From contig CBDBFU010000023.1 in NCBI GenBank assembly GCA_965205025.1, positions 4,390 to 68,389 of the forward strand: a stretch of 64,000 nucleotides of DNA, written 5' to 3'. Position numbers and translations under genes: made by a program. This DNA is from Candidatus Poribacteria bacterium. GTDB taxonomy: Bacteria; Poribacteria; WGA-4E; WGA-3G. The notes below the pieces were generated by a model. The model did no database searches. It was not told the origin of the DNA and saw only the letters and a list, made by a program, of their open reading frames with translations. This document shows, one piece after another, positions 35,477 through 45,316 of the stretch (the first letter of the stretch is position 1; each line of letters begins with the position of its first letter).

Positions 35477-36934
35477 TTGTATATGTCTCAACCAAATTTG
35501 TTATACATTCACTCCGATCAACACAACCCCTATGTTACAGGTTGTTATGGGGATGATTTAGTAAAAACCCCTAATTTGGATAAATTAGCATCAGAAGGTG
35601 TTATATTAGATAATGTATATTGTCCATCTCCTATCTGTGTGCCATCCCGCATGTCTATGTTGACAGGTCGTTATCCTTATGAAAACCGAGTTTGGACGAA
35701 TAGTCATATACTTGATTCGGGTATTCCAACATTTGCTCATGGGATGGGTGCAGCAGGATATGAACCAGTTCTAATTGGTCGTATGCACGCATTGGGTCCA
35801 GATCAACTTCACGGATATACAGAAAGATTAGTTGGAGATCACGGACCAAATCATCCTGGTGGAATAGGAGTTGATCACGGTGAGCTGTCTGGAACAGCAG
35901 GACCTGCAAGAGTTAGTCTTGTAAAATCAGGACCGGGACAAAGTGCCTATCAGGTACACGATGAAGATGTAACAGCTGCTACAATTGATTATATGAATAG
36001 ACTTGGGATTCAGAAAAAAGCAGGACTCCTGAAAAAACCCTTTTCAATTTCAATCGGTTTTATGTTACCACATCAACCATTTGTTGCAAGAAAAGAGGAT
36101 TATGAACTTTATGAAGATATTATGACAATGCCACAACATCCTGAAACATATTCAGATAGTTTACATCCATATTTTAAGTGGTGGCGTGACAAGTGTGGAA
36201 TTACAGATGTGGAAAATGATGAGATAATACGCGCTCGGACTGCATATTGGGCACTGGTTACACGCATGGATATAATGATAGGACAAATATTGACTGCACT
36301 TCAGGATAACAATCTTGACGAAAATACACTCATAATCTATAGTTCTGATCATGGAGAACAGGTAGGTGAACATGGTCTTTGGTGGAAACAGACATTCTAT
36401 GAACACTCAGTAAAAGTGCCGGCGATTCTATCGTGGCAAGGAGTTTTACCTGAAGGTGAACGCTGTGAAAGAGTCATTAGTTCTTTGGATATAAATGCTA
36501 CTATAATTGATGCACTTGATTGTCCATCCCTACCTAATTCACGAGGTAGAAGCCTATTACCACTATTAAAAAATGAAGATACCGACTGGGAAAATATTGC
36601 ATTTTCAGAATACTGCACTGATGATAATTGTTATCATAGAATGATACGACAAGGAGATTGGAAACTGAATTATTATCATGGTCAACCATCACAACTGTTT
36701 AACCTTAAGGAAGATCCTAATGAATTGCAGGACAAAACTGATGATCCAAAATGTCAGGATATTAAGAATGAACTAACCAAGAAAGTATTGGATGGTTGGA
36801 ATCCTGAAAAAATAAAACTTCAGATGGAAGAGAAGAAATTAGATACTCAAATACTTGGTAGATGGACTCGGAATACCAAACCTGTTGATCATTATAGATG
36901 GACTCTCTTACCAGAGATGGATTATTTGGATTAA
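35477..36934 (+). CDS. formylglycine-dependent sulfatase
   Basis: 485 aa. YIHSDQHN and the CxPxR motif PICVPSRMSMLTGRY. C-terminal SDHGE. The start is ambiguous (TTG 35477 or ATG 35483). Confidence 0.85.
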   Translation: MYMSQPNLLYIHSDQHNPYVTGCYGDDLVKTPNLDKLASEGVILDNVYCPSPICVPSRMSMLTGRYPYENRVWTNSHILDSGIPTFAHGMGAAGYEPVLIGRMHALGPDQLHGYTERLVGDHGPNHPGGIGVDHGELSGTAGPARVSLVKSGPGQSAYQVHDEDVTAATIDYMNRLGIQKKAGLLKKPFSISIGFMLPHQPFVARKEDYELYEDIMTMPQHPETYSDSLHPYFKWWRDKCGITDVENDEIIRARTAYWALVTRMDIMIGQILTALQDNNLDENTLIIYSSDHGEQVGEHGLWWKQTFYEHSVKVPAILSWQGVLPEGERCERVISSLDINATIIDALDCPSLPNSRGRSLLPLLKNEDTDWENIAFSEYCTDDNCYHRMIRQGDWKLNYYHGQPSQLFNLKEDPNELQDKTDDPKCQDIKNELTKKVLDGWNPEKIKLQMEEKKLDTQILGRWTRNTKPVDHYRWTLLPEMDYLD

Positions 36935-36981
36935 AAAAATGACTATCCTTTATTACCTCATTAACTAATTTGGAGACAACA

Positions 36982-37845
36982 ATGACTAATAGTCCAATTT
37001 TAAAAGGTGAACCTTTCAGTGAAGAGAAGACTTTAGAAATTGCAGAACAATTCTTCAAAGAGGGATATGTCCATATCCCTGGTGTTCTCACCGATAATGA
37101 AGTTTCTGCATTAAGAGATAAGTCAGATGAATTATTTGATGATCCAGAATTGATGGAGAGAACTAATCCTGAACTGGCAGATGTACGTTATATCCAGATG
37201 GGGAGTCATGCAGAATCAGGTAATACACTCCCATTCATACTTCGAAACACAATTGAGCTTGATCCGATATTTCGTGATATGCTTCTCCGTGAACCTATAC
37301 TCAGTCTTGCAGAAGCCATTGTAGGGAAGAATTGCAAATTTTGTGGACAGAATGTACTTAGAAATCTCCCTGGTCTTTCAATCAGTACTTGGCATGTGGA
37401 TGGATCTGTTCATTTTCCAGTAACAGATGAGATGCCACAACATGATCCACGTTTAAGGATGCCTGTAATGTGGTTCACCGTTCAAATGGCGTTAAATGAC
37501 ATTGACACTATAGAAGAGGGACCGACACAATATGTCCCAGGTAGTCATTTCTCAGGAAGAAATCCTAACGATCAAGAAAATCCAGAATTTAATGGAAATA
37601 AACCTGTATCCATCTTCTGTAAAGCAGGGGATATTTATCTACAAGATCCACAGTGTTGGCATCGTGGTGCCCCCAATAATTCTGATAAAACACGTTATAT
37701 CCTCCAATCACAGTATGCAGCATATTGGGCATATTGGCGATTTAGTTTATGTAATGATGTACCTGTTTCGGAAGAAGAGCTAAAATCAGCAGATGATGAA
37801 TTGTTACGTTTGTTGGGTCGAAGTAGACCAAATGGTTCAGATTGA
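36982..37845 (+). CDS. PhyH-family Fe(II)/2-oxoglutarate dioxygenase
   Basis: The track start is TTG 36970, but ATG 36982 follows a TGGAGA RBS. STWHVDG HxD motif and a distal CWHRGAPN. Confidence 0.7.
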   Translation: MTNSPILKGEPFSEEKTLEIAEQFFKEGYVHIPGVLTDNEVSALRDKSDELFDDPELMERTNPELADVRYIQMGSHAESGNTLPFILRNTIELDPIFRDMLLREPILSLAEAIVGKNCKFCGQNVLRNLPGLSISTWHVDGSVHFPVTDEMPQHDPRLRMPVMWFTVQMALNDIDTIEEGPTQYVPGSHFSGRNPNDQENPEFNGNKPVSIFCKAGDIYLQDPQCWHRGAPNNSDKTRYILQSQYAAYWAYWRFSLCNDVPVSEEELKSADDELLRLLGRSRPNGSD

Positions 37846-37866
37846 GGTTATGTTAAGGACAAATCA

Positions 37867-39267
37867 ATGCCAGAAACACCCCTTCATTATAAGACGATTA
37901 CTGAGCTTTCTGAATTAATCTCATCAAGAAAACTGTCTCCTGTTGAGTTGACTAATTCTATTCTACAACGAATAGATAAACATGATGACAGATTGAAAAG
38001 TTATGCTACGCTCATGACTGACCATGCATTGGATTCTGCCAAAAAAGCTGAACAGGAAATAATGGATGGTAAGTATAGAGGTTATCTACACGGTATTCCA
38101 ATAGGTATAAAGGATCTTTGCTTTACCAAAGGTGTTAGAACTATGGGTGGTGCGAAAGTATTGGAGAACCATGTACCCACCTATAATAGTACAGTTGTCA
38201 ATAAGTTGGAATCTGCTGGGGCTGTAATCCTGGGTAAGTTAAATCTAACTGAAGGTGCAATGGGTGGTTATCATCCTGAATTCGACATCCCAATCAGTCC
38301 ATGGAATCCTAATAGATGGACAGGATCATCATCAAGCGGTTCTGGTGTTGCAACTTCTGCAGGTTTATGTACAGTTTCAATAGGAAGCGATACAGGTGGA
38401 TCGATTCGATTTCCATCGGCTGCTTGTGGAATCGTTGGCATAAAACCTACATGGGGTAGAGTCAGTCGATTTGGCGTATTTGCACTCGCTGAATCTATGG
38501 ATCATGTCGGTCCAATGACACGAAGTGTATCTGATGCTGCTATTTTATTAGAGACAATTTCTGGCTATGATGAGAATGACCCAACCTCATTACCCAATCC
38601 TGTACCCAATATGCTTGAAGGTATCGGAAATGAAATAAATGGGATTCGAATTGGATTTGATAAACTCTATACAACTAAAGATGTAGATAATGAACTTGCA
38701 GATGCGGTATGTTTAGGTGTTGATATCTTAGAGGATTTAGGGGCAGAAATAGTAGAAGTTAAAATACCAGATATGGATGAATATGCCCTTGCATGGCCAA
38801 CGATATGTACTGCTGAAGCAGTTTTAGCACATAAAGATACATATCCTTCAAGGCGTGATGAGTATGGACCTTGGTTTCAAGGTTGGCTTGATATGGGTGC
38901 TGGGATTACTGGGACACAATATGCTGAAGCAAATAACCTAAGAAATGAATGTTCAGGACACCTTAGAAGTGTTTTCAAAGATATAGATGTGTTAGTATGT
39001 CCATCAATGTCTGCCCCACCACACCCCGTCACTCCAGAATTGCTATATGGTCCAAAAGAAACCAGACCGGCAAGATTCCAGCGATTTACCGCTCCTTTTG
39101 ATTTCAATGGAGCACCAACCCTCTCTGTACCATGTGGTATGACAGAAGATGGATTACCATTAAGTATTCAGTTTGTAGGTAAACATTTATGTGAACCGTT
39201 ATTATGTCTGGTTGGATTTGCCTACGAAAATGCAACTGAATGGCACAAACTTCATCCAGAAATCTAA
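37867..39267 (+). CDS. amidase-signature family amidase (GatA-like)
   Basis: 466 aa. The amidase signature [36 protein letters not shown] is present. Confidence 0.85.
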   Translation: [466 protein letters not shown]

Positions 39268-39284
39268 ACTAAAACTAAATAAGA

Positions 39285-40232
39285 TCATTTCTGTGGTAGA
39301 TGATACCCATCAATCCCTACCTCTATCCTTAGTAGACTTCCACCTGCAGTAATGTAGAGATTTTTGCTTGCATCCCCACGTCCAAATGCGACATTCGTTG
39401 GTAATTCAGGTGTATTGATGAAACCTAATTCCTCTCCATCTGGAGCATATATGCCAATTCCAAATCGTGTTGCATCCCGAACAGCAACATACAAATTACC
39501 TTCGACATCAACTTCAAATCCATCTGGACCGTGTTCTGGTGCATAGTCCACGAGGGTTTCACGATACGTTGCAGTTCCATCAGATGACAAATCATAGGCA
39601 AGGAGTGCCATTCTACCCATACATGTAGGTAATTCATCTGGCATTTCTCTCAACGAACCACTATCATTACTACCGACATATAGAGTTTTCTGGTCAGGAG
39701 AAACTGCGATTCCGTTCGGTTTTCCAGAATCCGCAATGACTAATTCAATAGATCCATCAGTATCAATTCTATATACTCCCATCACAGGTTGTTCAACCGG
39801 TTCATGTCCAACATACCTTGGATCTGTAAAATAGATTCTACCTTTCTCATCAATAGTCAAGTCGTTTGGTGAATTGAAAGGTCTACCTTCAAATATTCCT
39901 GCGATAATATCACTTTTTCCAGTATTCATATCGGTACGTGTAATTCGTCTTCCACCAAAATCTGCACCTTCAGCAACAACTAATCGGCCGTATGCATCAA
40001 ACTTCATGCCGTTGGACATTCCACTTGGGGAACGGAATACAGACGTCTCACCTGTTGATGGGTCGTATTTCATGATATGTCCAGCTTGCATATCCGCTTG
40101 GTGTGTGAATGTAATATCACTGAAATAGACTGTTCCATTATGTGCGACAGTCGGTCCCTCAGTGAAATGTGCTTGATTATATACCTCTTCTAACACAGAA
40201 TCTTGTGGGAATACACTATCAGATTTCGCCAT
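39285..40232 (-). CDS. SMP-30/gluconolactonase/LRE-family lactonase
   Basis: 315 aa. FTEGPTVAHNGTVYFSDI plus repeated PNG/PDG beta-propeller blades. Confidence 0.75.
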   Translation of the reverse strand: MAKSDSVFPQDSVLEEVYNQAHFTEGPTVAHNGTVYFSDITFTHQADMQAGHIMKYDPSTGETSVFRSPSGMSNGMKFDAYGRLVVAEGADFGGRRITRTDMNTGKSDIIAGIFEGRPFNSPNDLTIDEKGRIYFTDPRYVGHEPVEQPVMGVYRIDTDGSIELVIADSGKPNGIAVSPDQKTLYVGSNDSGSLREMPDELPTCMGRMALLAYDLSSDGTATYRETLVDYAPEHGPDGFEVDVEGNLYVAVRDATRFGIGIYAPDGEELGFINTPELPTNVAFGRGDASKNLYITAGGSLLRIEVGIDGYHLPQK

Positions 40233-40269
40233 ATCTACTCCTATGAAATTTAGTTGTAATCAAATTGAG

Positions 40270-41288
40270 TTAACCCATCGGATGAGGACCGTTGGTATTT
40301 ACATTATGTCGGGCATGCGCGTAAACAGCATCTTGTATTTCAAGTATTCGCACTGCATCTTCTACCGATGGTACAAATGAATGTCCATTTTGTATTGCAT
40401 CGAATGCCATATTCATAATCCCCACGGATTCTCTCTCCATGTGGTATATCTTCATAAAATTCAACACCATCAGTTGTATGAACTTCTATAAGTGGTTCAC
40501 CCTTTTTTCCATATTGCTCAAAAACAGATGCCTTGGTTCCAATAAACCTAAAGAAATGATCTCCACCCCGTCTTCCTGCTGGATAGGTGTATCCAGATTC
40601 AATAATTCCTGTAGTACCACTTTCAGTTCTTAAGACACCTATACCACTATCTTCTACAATCCTACTATACATGGAATTAGACATGACACCTCCTACAACA
40701 CTAATTTCCTGATCACCAACAAATTGAAGGAATGTGTCTATACCGTGTGCAGCCTCAACTGCCCAACAACCACCACCTGAAATTACCGGATCATTATGCC
40801 AGTATGATGGTGTAGGGTCGTATCTGGAAGGTGGACCATTATTTAATCTACTGTTATAAAGAACAAGGTCACCAAAATCTCCCTGTGCTATCAACTCAGA
40901 GACGATATTGACAACACGACTTGCTCTATTTGGTAGTACAAGTGCACTGAATACACTATGTTTCTCAGATTCTTCTGCGACAGGTCTGAGACTCTCAGCG
41001 GAATCAGCAAAAGGTTTATCTAATAGATACGGAATTCGTCTAACAACACATGCTTGAATGTGAGAAGGCATCTCTGTATGCTTTCCCAGCAACAAGAGCA
41101 ACTTCAGGTTTTGTAGCATCAAGACATCCAGCTGCAGAATCGTATGCTGGACACTGAAAGTCGTTAGCTAATTGTTCACGCGGAGTGTGTTCAGCATCCA
41201 TCACTCCAATAATTTCATGTCCGAGTGATTCTGCTGTCTTAGCCATGCTACGTCCATGATGACTATAAGAGAGAACTGCTATTTTCAT
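40270..41288 (-). pseudogene. Gfo/Idh/MocA-family oxidoreductase broken by two frameshifts
   Basis: Three ORFs (41040-41288, 40340-41122, 40270-40470) tile one protein. Join 1: ...KPEVALVAGK | HTEMPSHIQACV at the TTTCCC run 41082-41087. Join 2: ...YEDIPHGER | (E)SVGIMNMAFDAIQNGHS at the (TC)n run 40430-40437. Confidence 0.7.
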
Positions 41289-41361
41289 TATAATAGCTCG
41301 TTTTTAGTATTCACCAATGTTTTCAATTCTTTATTCCCTGGGTGATTAACTTCGATGTAAT

Positions 41362-41740
41362 TTAGTTTTCGATTGAATCTTCATGTATTATATGTGTAGA
41401 TGATTTAAGCTTATGTGTGATAAGTGCGTACAAACTGATTCCTGTCCTTGAAGCTTCATTTGTTAAGGCATAAAATAAATCCGGTTCAATGGGTATATTA
41501 TATGGTCTAACGTGCCCATTTTTTAATGTAGGTTTTGGAATATGTTCTCCATCGTTTGCATAACATTCTTTCATTAATTCCCATGCACTCTTTAACTCTT
41601 CTAACGCTTCGTTAGGCGTAGATCCGAAAGCTGAGACCATTAGGAAGTTCTACCAGATGTGCCAAGTAATCACCATCCTCATCATAAAAGACATTTACTA
41701 TGAAACCATCAAAATCATCGGAATTATTCTTCATTTTCAT
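41362..41740 (-). pseudogene. hicB: HicB-family antitoxin, one frameshift
   Basis: MKMKNNSDDFDGFIVNVFYDEDGDYLAHLVELPN (from 41740) continues as VSAFGSTPNEALEELKSAWELMKE... (ORF 41362-41640) if one G of the GG at 41637-41638 (CC on + strand) is removed. The start overlaps the hicA 3' end by 17 nt. Confidence 0.65.
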
Positions 41741-41951
41741 TCTCCAAAGCATAATGTTTGAGAAATTGTCGGACTTGATACCCTTTTGCCATAGATTTAT
41801 TCGGTTGAATAACCAAACGGAACCCATTCGGTGAGTACCATATACGATGGCTACCCTTCTGCCGGCGTTGAGTCCAGTTATATTGTTGAAGTAGTTGTTC
41901 AAATTCTCGAAATTTTAGTCCATTAGGATTTCGATGTGCCTTGTTAATCAA
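41724..41951 (-). CDS. hicA: HicA-family mRNA interferase toxin
   Basis: 75 aa. KFREFEQLLQQYNWTQRRQKGSHRIW contains the HicA GSH core. Confidence 0.75.
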   Translation of the reverse strand: MINKAHRNPNGLKFREFEQLLQQYNWTQRRQKGSHRIWYSPNGFRLVIQPNKSMAKGYQVRQFLKHYALENENEE

Positions 41952-42085
41952 TTCCTCTCTTTTGATTCATAAGAATGTTTGTTATTAACTGGAAACTACA
42001 AATGTTTATTCATTCTATCAAAGGAAAATTTATACTTCAATATCTGTTTTTTTCAATTGTTCCAATGCACACAAAGGTCTTTGAA

Positions 42086-43000
42086 TTAACCGGTAGCATA
42101 ATCATCAGGATTGTTCTTACGCCAATTAGGCAGATATCCTTCTGTGTGTCCGAATCCATAAGAAGGTCCAATTTGGTTCACACTTGACCAGGGCCATGCC
42201 TGCCCTCCAATTAAACGAAATTCATCACCTTTTCCACATAACCAATAGAACATATGTGCAACATATCTTGCTATACCATGTCCACCATATTCTGCTGTTT
42301 GAAAATCGAAATCAGGTTCATGTATCCAATCACGATTTGGCTTCTCAGTTCGCCAATAACTGTATTTCAACATATGTCTTAATCCAGATGCTGTTGATTC
42401 ACCACGACGATGTAAAATACTTTGGGAGTGAATGACAAATGATCCAGCAGGTCCATCACTTGAGACACCTTTCTCAGTTATATCACGATGTGTTGGTGAA
42501 ATATGTGATCCGGGTAATATCTCTGTCGGTCCCAATTCCATAGAAGTATCTTGTGGAAAATAAAACACTTCGACGAAGTTTGTTTCAGGACCAAATACGT
42601 GATCGGCATCGTGATGCCATTCTTGTGCAGGCATTGGACATTCTACACGGTGATTACTAACTAAAACTGGTAGACCAACATTATTACCAAGTAATGAACG
42701 TAATGCTCCAGCGAGTTCCTTATTCAGAAGCACATGCTCAATATACCAATCTTCAAGTAGAAGAGTACTGGGTTCGTGTGTATCTCTCATCCTTTCTAAA
42801 TCAGCATGTGTCAATCCTTTTGGGATATAACAAGGATTTATAGGTAAATCACCGTTTAGATAATCAAAAGTACGTTGGTTAATCTCTTCTGGGACAACAC
42901 CCTTTAATTGGAGAAAACCATCACGGCAATATTGGAGTACCTGTGAGTCGGTGAGTGTCGGTTGACAATCAAAAGTACGATTTGTTTTATCATATTTCAT
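42086..43000 (-). CDS. PhyH-family Fe(II)/2-oxoglutarate dioxygenase
   Basis: 304 aa. EWHHDADH HxD motif and a distal ILHRRG. Confidence 0.7.
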   Translation of the reverse strand: MKYDKTNRTFDCQPTLTDSQVLQYCRDGFLQLKGVVPEEINQRTFDYLNGDLPINPCYIPKGLTHADLERMRDTHEPSTLLLEDWYIEHVLLNKELAGALRSLLGNNVGLPVLVSNHRVECPMPAQEWHHDADHVFGPETNFVEVFYFPQDTSMELGPTEILPGSHISPTHRDITEKGVSSDGPAGSFVIHSQSILHRRGESTASGLRHMLKYSYWRTEKPNRDWIHEPDFDFQTAEYGGHGIARYVAHMFYWLCGKGDEFRLIGGQAWPWSSVNQIGPSYGFGHTEGYLPNWRKNNPDDYATG

Positions 43001-43027
43001 AACTGTATACCTATTATATTCTCTTAT

Positions 43028-44461
43028 CTAAACATTATCTATAGTATGTGGTTCCATTCCAAGTTTCAAATAGGATTCAGGAGTAGGAAATATCTTTCCA
43101 GGATTACAGAGTCCTGTCGGATTAAAAATCCCCTTAACATTTGCCATTACTTGTAAATCTGCTGGACTGAAGATAAGAGGCATATAATCCATTTTCTCCA
43201 CACCAATCCCATGTTCTCCGGTTATTGTACCGCCGACTTCAGCACATACTGTCAAGATTTCTTTGTTAACATGCTCCACTCGTTCACATTGGTCAGCATC
43301 ACGTTCATCGAACAATACTATTGGATGGATATTTCCATCACCAGCATGGAAAACATTGGCAATTGCAATTTGATATTTTTCAGAGATCTCTGAGATACGT
43401 CTTAATACCTTTGGAAGTGTCGTACGTGGTACAACCCCGTCCTGTGTAATATAGTTTGGAGCTAATCTTCCAAATGATCCAAATGCGCTCTTTCTTGCTT
43501 TCCAGAGTTCTTGACGTTCTGCATCATCTTTGGCATAGTTCACTTCACGTGCATTAAATTCATTAAAAATCTTGATAATTTTGTCAGTTTGATTCTGCAT
43601 TCCAGCTTTAATTCCATCAAGTTCGACAATTAGAATTGCCTCAGCATCTAATGGAAAACCGAATTTGAAAGCATCTTCTAACGCTTGTATCACCAAACTA
43701 TCCATCATCTCAAGTGCAGCCGGGATAATTCCTGCACCAATTATGGTTGATACCGCATTAGATGCATCATCCATACTATCAAAAACTGCCATCGCTGTTT
43801 GATAGGATTGAGGATTTCTGGTTAGTCTAACTGTAGCTTTCGTTACAATTCCAAACGTGCCTTCTGAACCAATTAATACACCACGTAGATCGTAACCTAT
43901 TACTTCCTCTACTTCTCCGCCAAATTCAAGTATCTCACCATCAGGCATGACGACCTCCATCCCAAGAATATGGTCTGAAGTAACACCATACTTCAGGGTA
44001 TGAGGACCACCTGAATTTTCAGCTATGTTCCCACCGATTGTGCATGCTTTTTGACTTGAGGGATCAGGAGCATAATGGTACCCTTGGTCCTGAACGGCTT
44101 GAGATAAAAGTAAATTCACAACCCCCGGTTCTATCACTGCTCGTTCATTTTCAATATCAATCTCAAGAATACGGTCCATTCTATTCAAAGCAATGATAAT
44201 TCCACCCTTGACTGATAGCATTCCCCCACTTAATCCTGTACCACCACCTCTTGCGATAAATGGTGTATTGTACTTATTCGCTATTTTGACAATATCAGAG
44301 ACCTGTTGTGATGTATCAGCGAATACAACAACATCAGGCATTGCTTTAAAAGAAGGTGCAGCATCACATTCATAAACAGAAAGGGCAGTCGTGTCTGTTA
44401 ATACATTCTTTGAACCTAAAAGTTCGGTGAGATCAGATATAAGTTGTTCCTTATGTTCCAC
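43028..44461 (-). CDS. FAD-linked oxidase, glycolate oxidase subunit GlcD-like
   Basis: 477 aa (GTG start). FAD-binding PCMH block ARGGGTGLSGG and the C-terminal GTITGEHGIGVEK motif. Confidence 0.8.
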   Translation of the reverse strand: MEHKEQLISDLTELLGSKNVLTDTTALSVYECDAAPSFKAMPDVVVFADTSQQVSDIVKIANKYNTPFIARGGGTGLSGGMLSVKGGIIIALNRMDRILEIDIENERAVIEPGVVNLLLSQAVQDQGYHYAPDPSSQKACTIGGNIAENSGGPHTLKYGVTSDHILGMEVVMPDGEILEFGGEVEEVIGYDLRGVLIGSEGTFGIVTKATVRLTRNPQSYQTAMAVFDSMDDASNAVSTIIGAGIIPAALEMMDSLVIQALEDAFKFGFPLDAEAILIVELDGIKAGMQNQTDKIIKIFNEFNAREVNYAKDDAERQELWKARKSAFGSFGRLAPNYITQDGVVPRTTLPKVLRRISEISEKYQIAIANVFHAGDGNIHPIVLFDERDADQCERVEHVNKEILTVCAEVGGTITGEHGIGVEKMDYMPLIFSPADLQVMANVKGIFNPTGLCNPGKIFPTPESYLKLGMEPHTIDNV

Positions 44462-44564
44462 TTAAATAACCTAAAAAATCTGAGATTCTTATATATTCAG
44501 ATTACCACATTTCTCTTTATATGTCCAATATGTTAACCAAGAGGGCTCCATAAATAATTTGTCA

Positions 44565-44958
44565 CTATAGGCGTCAATTTAAAAGCTTAGACTCTTCTGT
44601 AGGAGGGGATTCCGATTCCCGATCTTTCCTCACCCCAGATGAAGTTAAAAAAATAAAATAGGTAATTTGGACCCAGAGGCTGGTAGGTGCGGTTTCCTAA
44701 CCGTACTATAGGCGTCAATTTTAGACTATGATTTATTGGTTTTGAGTCCCGTAGGGACGGAATGTCTATAGAAAACGCGTTTATGCACTTTCTTGAGTCC
44801 CGTAGGGACGGAATGTTTATAGAAGTCGTTATCACCAATATCCCAAGCCCCAGCGGGGCGAAAGGTGTGTAGAAAACGTGAAAACACAAAACAATAAGCC
44901 CAGCGGGGCGAAAGGTGTATCCTAAATTGACGCCTATGGTGCGGTTTCCTAACCGTAC
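44565..44958. repeat. mosaic repeat block including a TIR-bounded ~230-bp element with a 4-unit 51-bp array
   Basis: CTATAGGCGTCAATTT occurs at 44565 (also at 47861). Inverted repeats ATAGGCGTCAATTT at 44708-44721 / 44924-44937. Hairpin units start at 44744, 44795, 44846 and 44897. 21-bp direct repeats GGTGCGGTTTCCTAACCGTAC at 44686-44706 and 44938-44958. Track ORF 44587-44889 merely translates these repeats. Confidence 0.8.
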
Positions 44959-45316
44959 CGGATTCTACAAGAAACTGGAAATTACCCGAATAAATTCTTT
45001 TAAGATTCTCCTCGGTGTCGTCGGTGAGCCGATGTAGATTGCTACCATCGTTATTAATAATATATACGGCGGACTTTTGCAGCTGCCTCGGTTCCACCGG
45101 CAGAAGTTTCCTAAAAGCAATCTGCTGACCATCCGGAGACCAAACAGGCCACCAGGCACTATATGCTCCGATCCTTTGGAGATTATTACCGTCATCATCC
45201 ATCACATAGAGACCGCCACCGGTGCGTACAGAACGATACGATAAAAAAACGATTTTTGCGGGTGCCAAACTCGGTAAGAATAACAGGAACAAGCAGTAGC
45301 AGAGGAGACGTTGCAT
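44959..45316 (-). pseudogene. 5' fragment of a PD40/TolB-like secreted protein gene, truncated by the repeat block
   Basis: MQRLLCYCLFLLFLPSLAPA signal peptide, then VMDDDGNNLQRI...WSPDGQQIAF...IINNDGSNLHRLTDD (PD40 units). After about 115 codons the reading frame runs into the repeats. Visibly more G+C-rich than its neighbours. Confidence 0.6.

Noticed and set aside
44587-44889. 100-aa ORF, and the C-terminal 80 residues of ORF 44726-45316 (repeated FY[KR]HSVPTGLK)
   Set aside because: The apparent peptide repeats are simply the 51-bp DNA repeats translated. Only the first ~115 codons of 44726-45316 look like a real (PD40) gene fragment.
44744-44923. Repeat-spacer layout (33-nt hairpin repeat + 18-nt variable segment, 51-bp period; also at 15616-15700) that looks like a CRISPR array
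   Set aside because: The variable segments are far shorter than CRISPR spacers. There are only 2-4 units, and units within one array differ in sequence (GTCCC versus GCCCC stems). The array sits inside an inverted-repeat-bounded element, and no cas genes occur in the window. I report it as a structured repeat, not as CRISPR.
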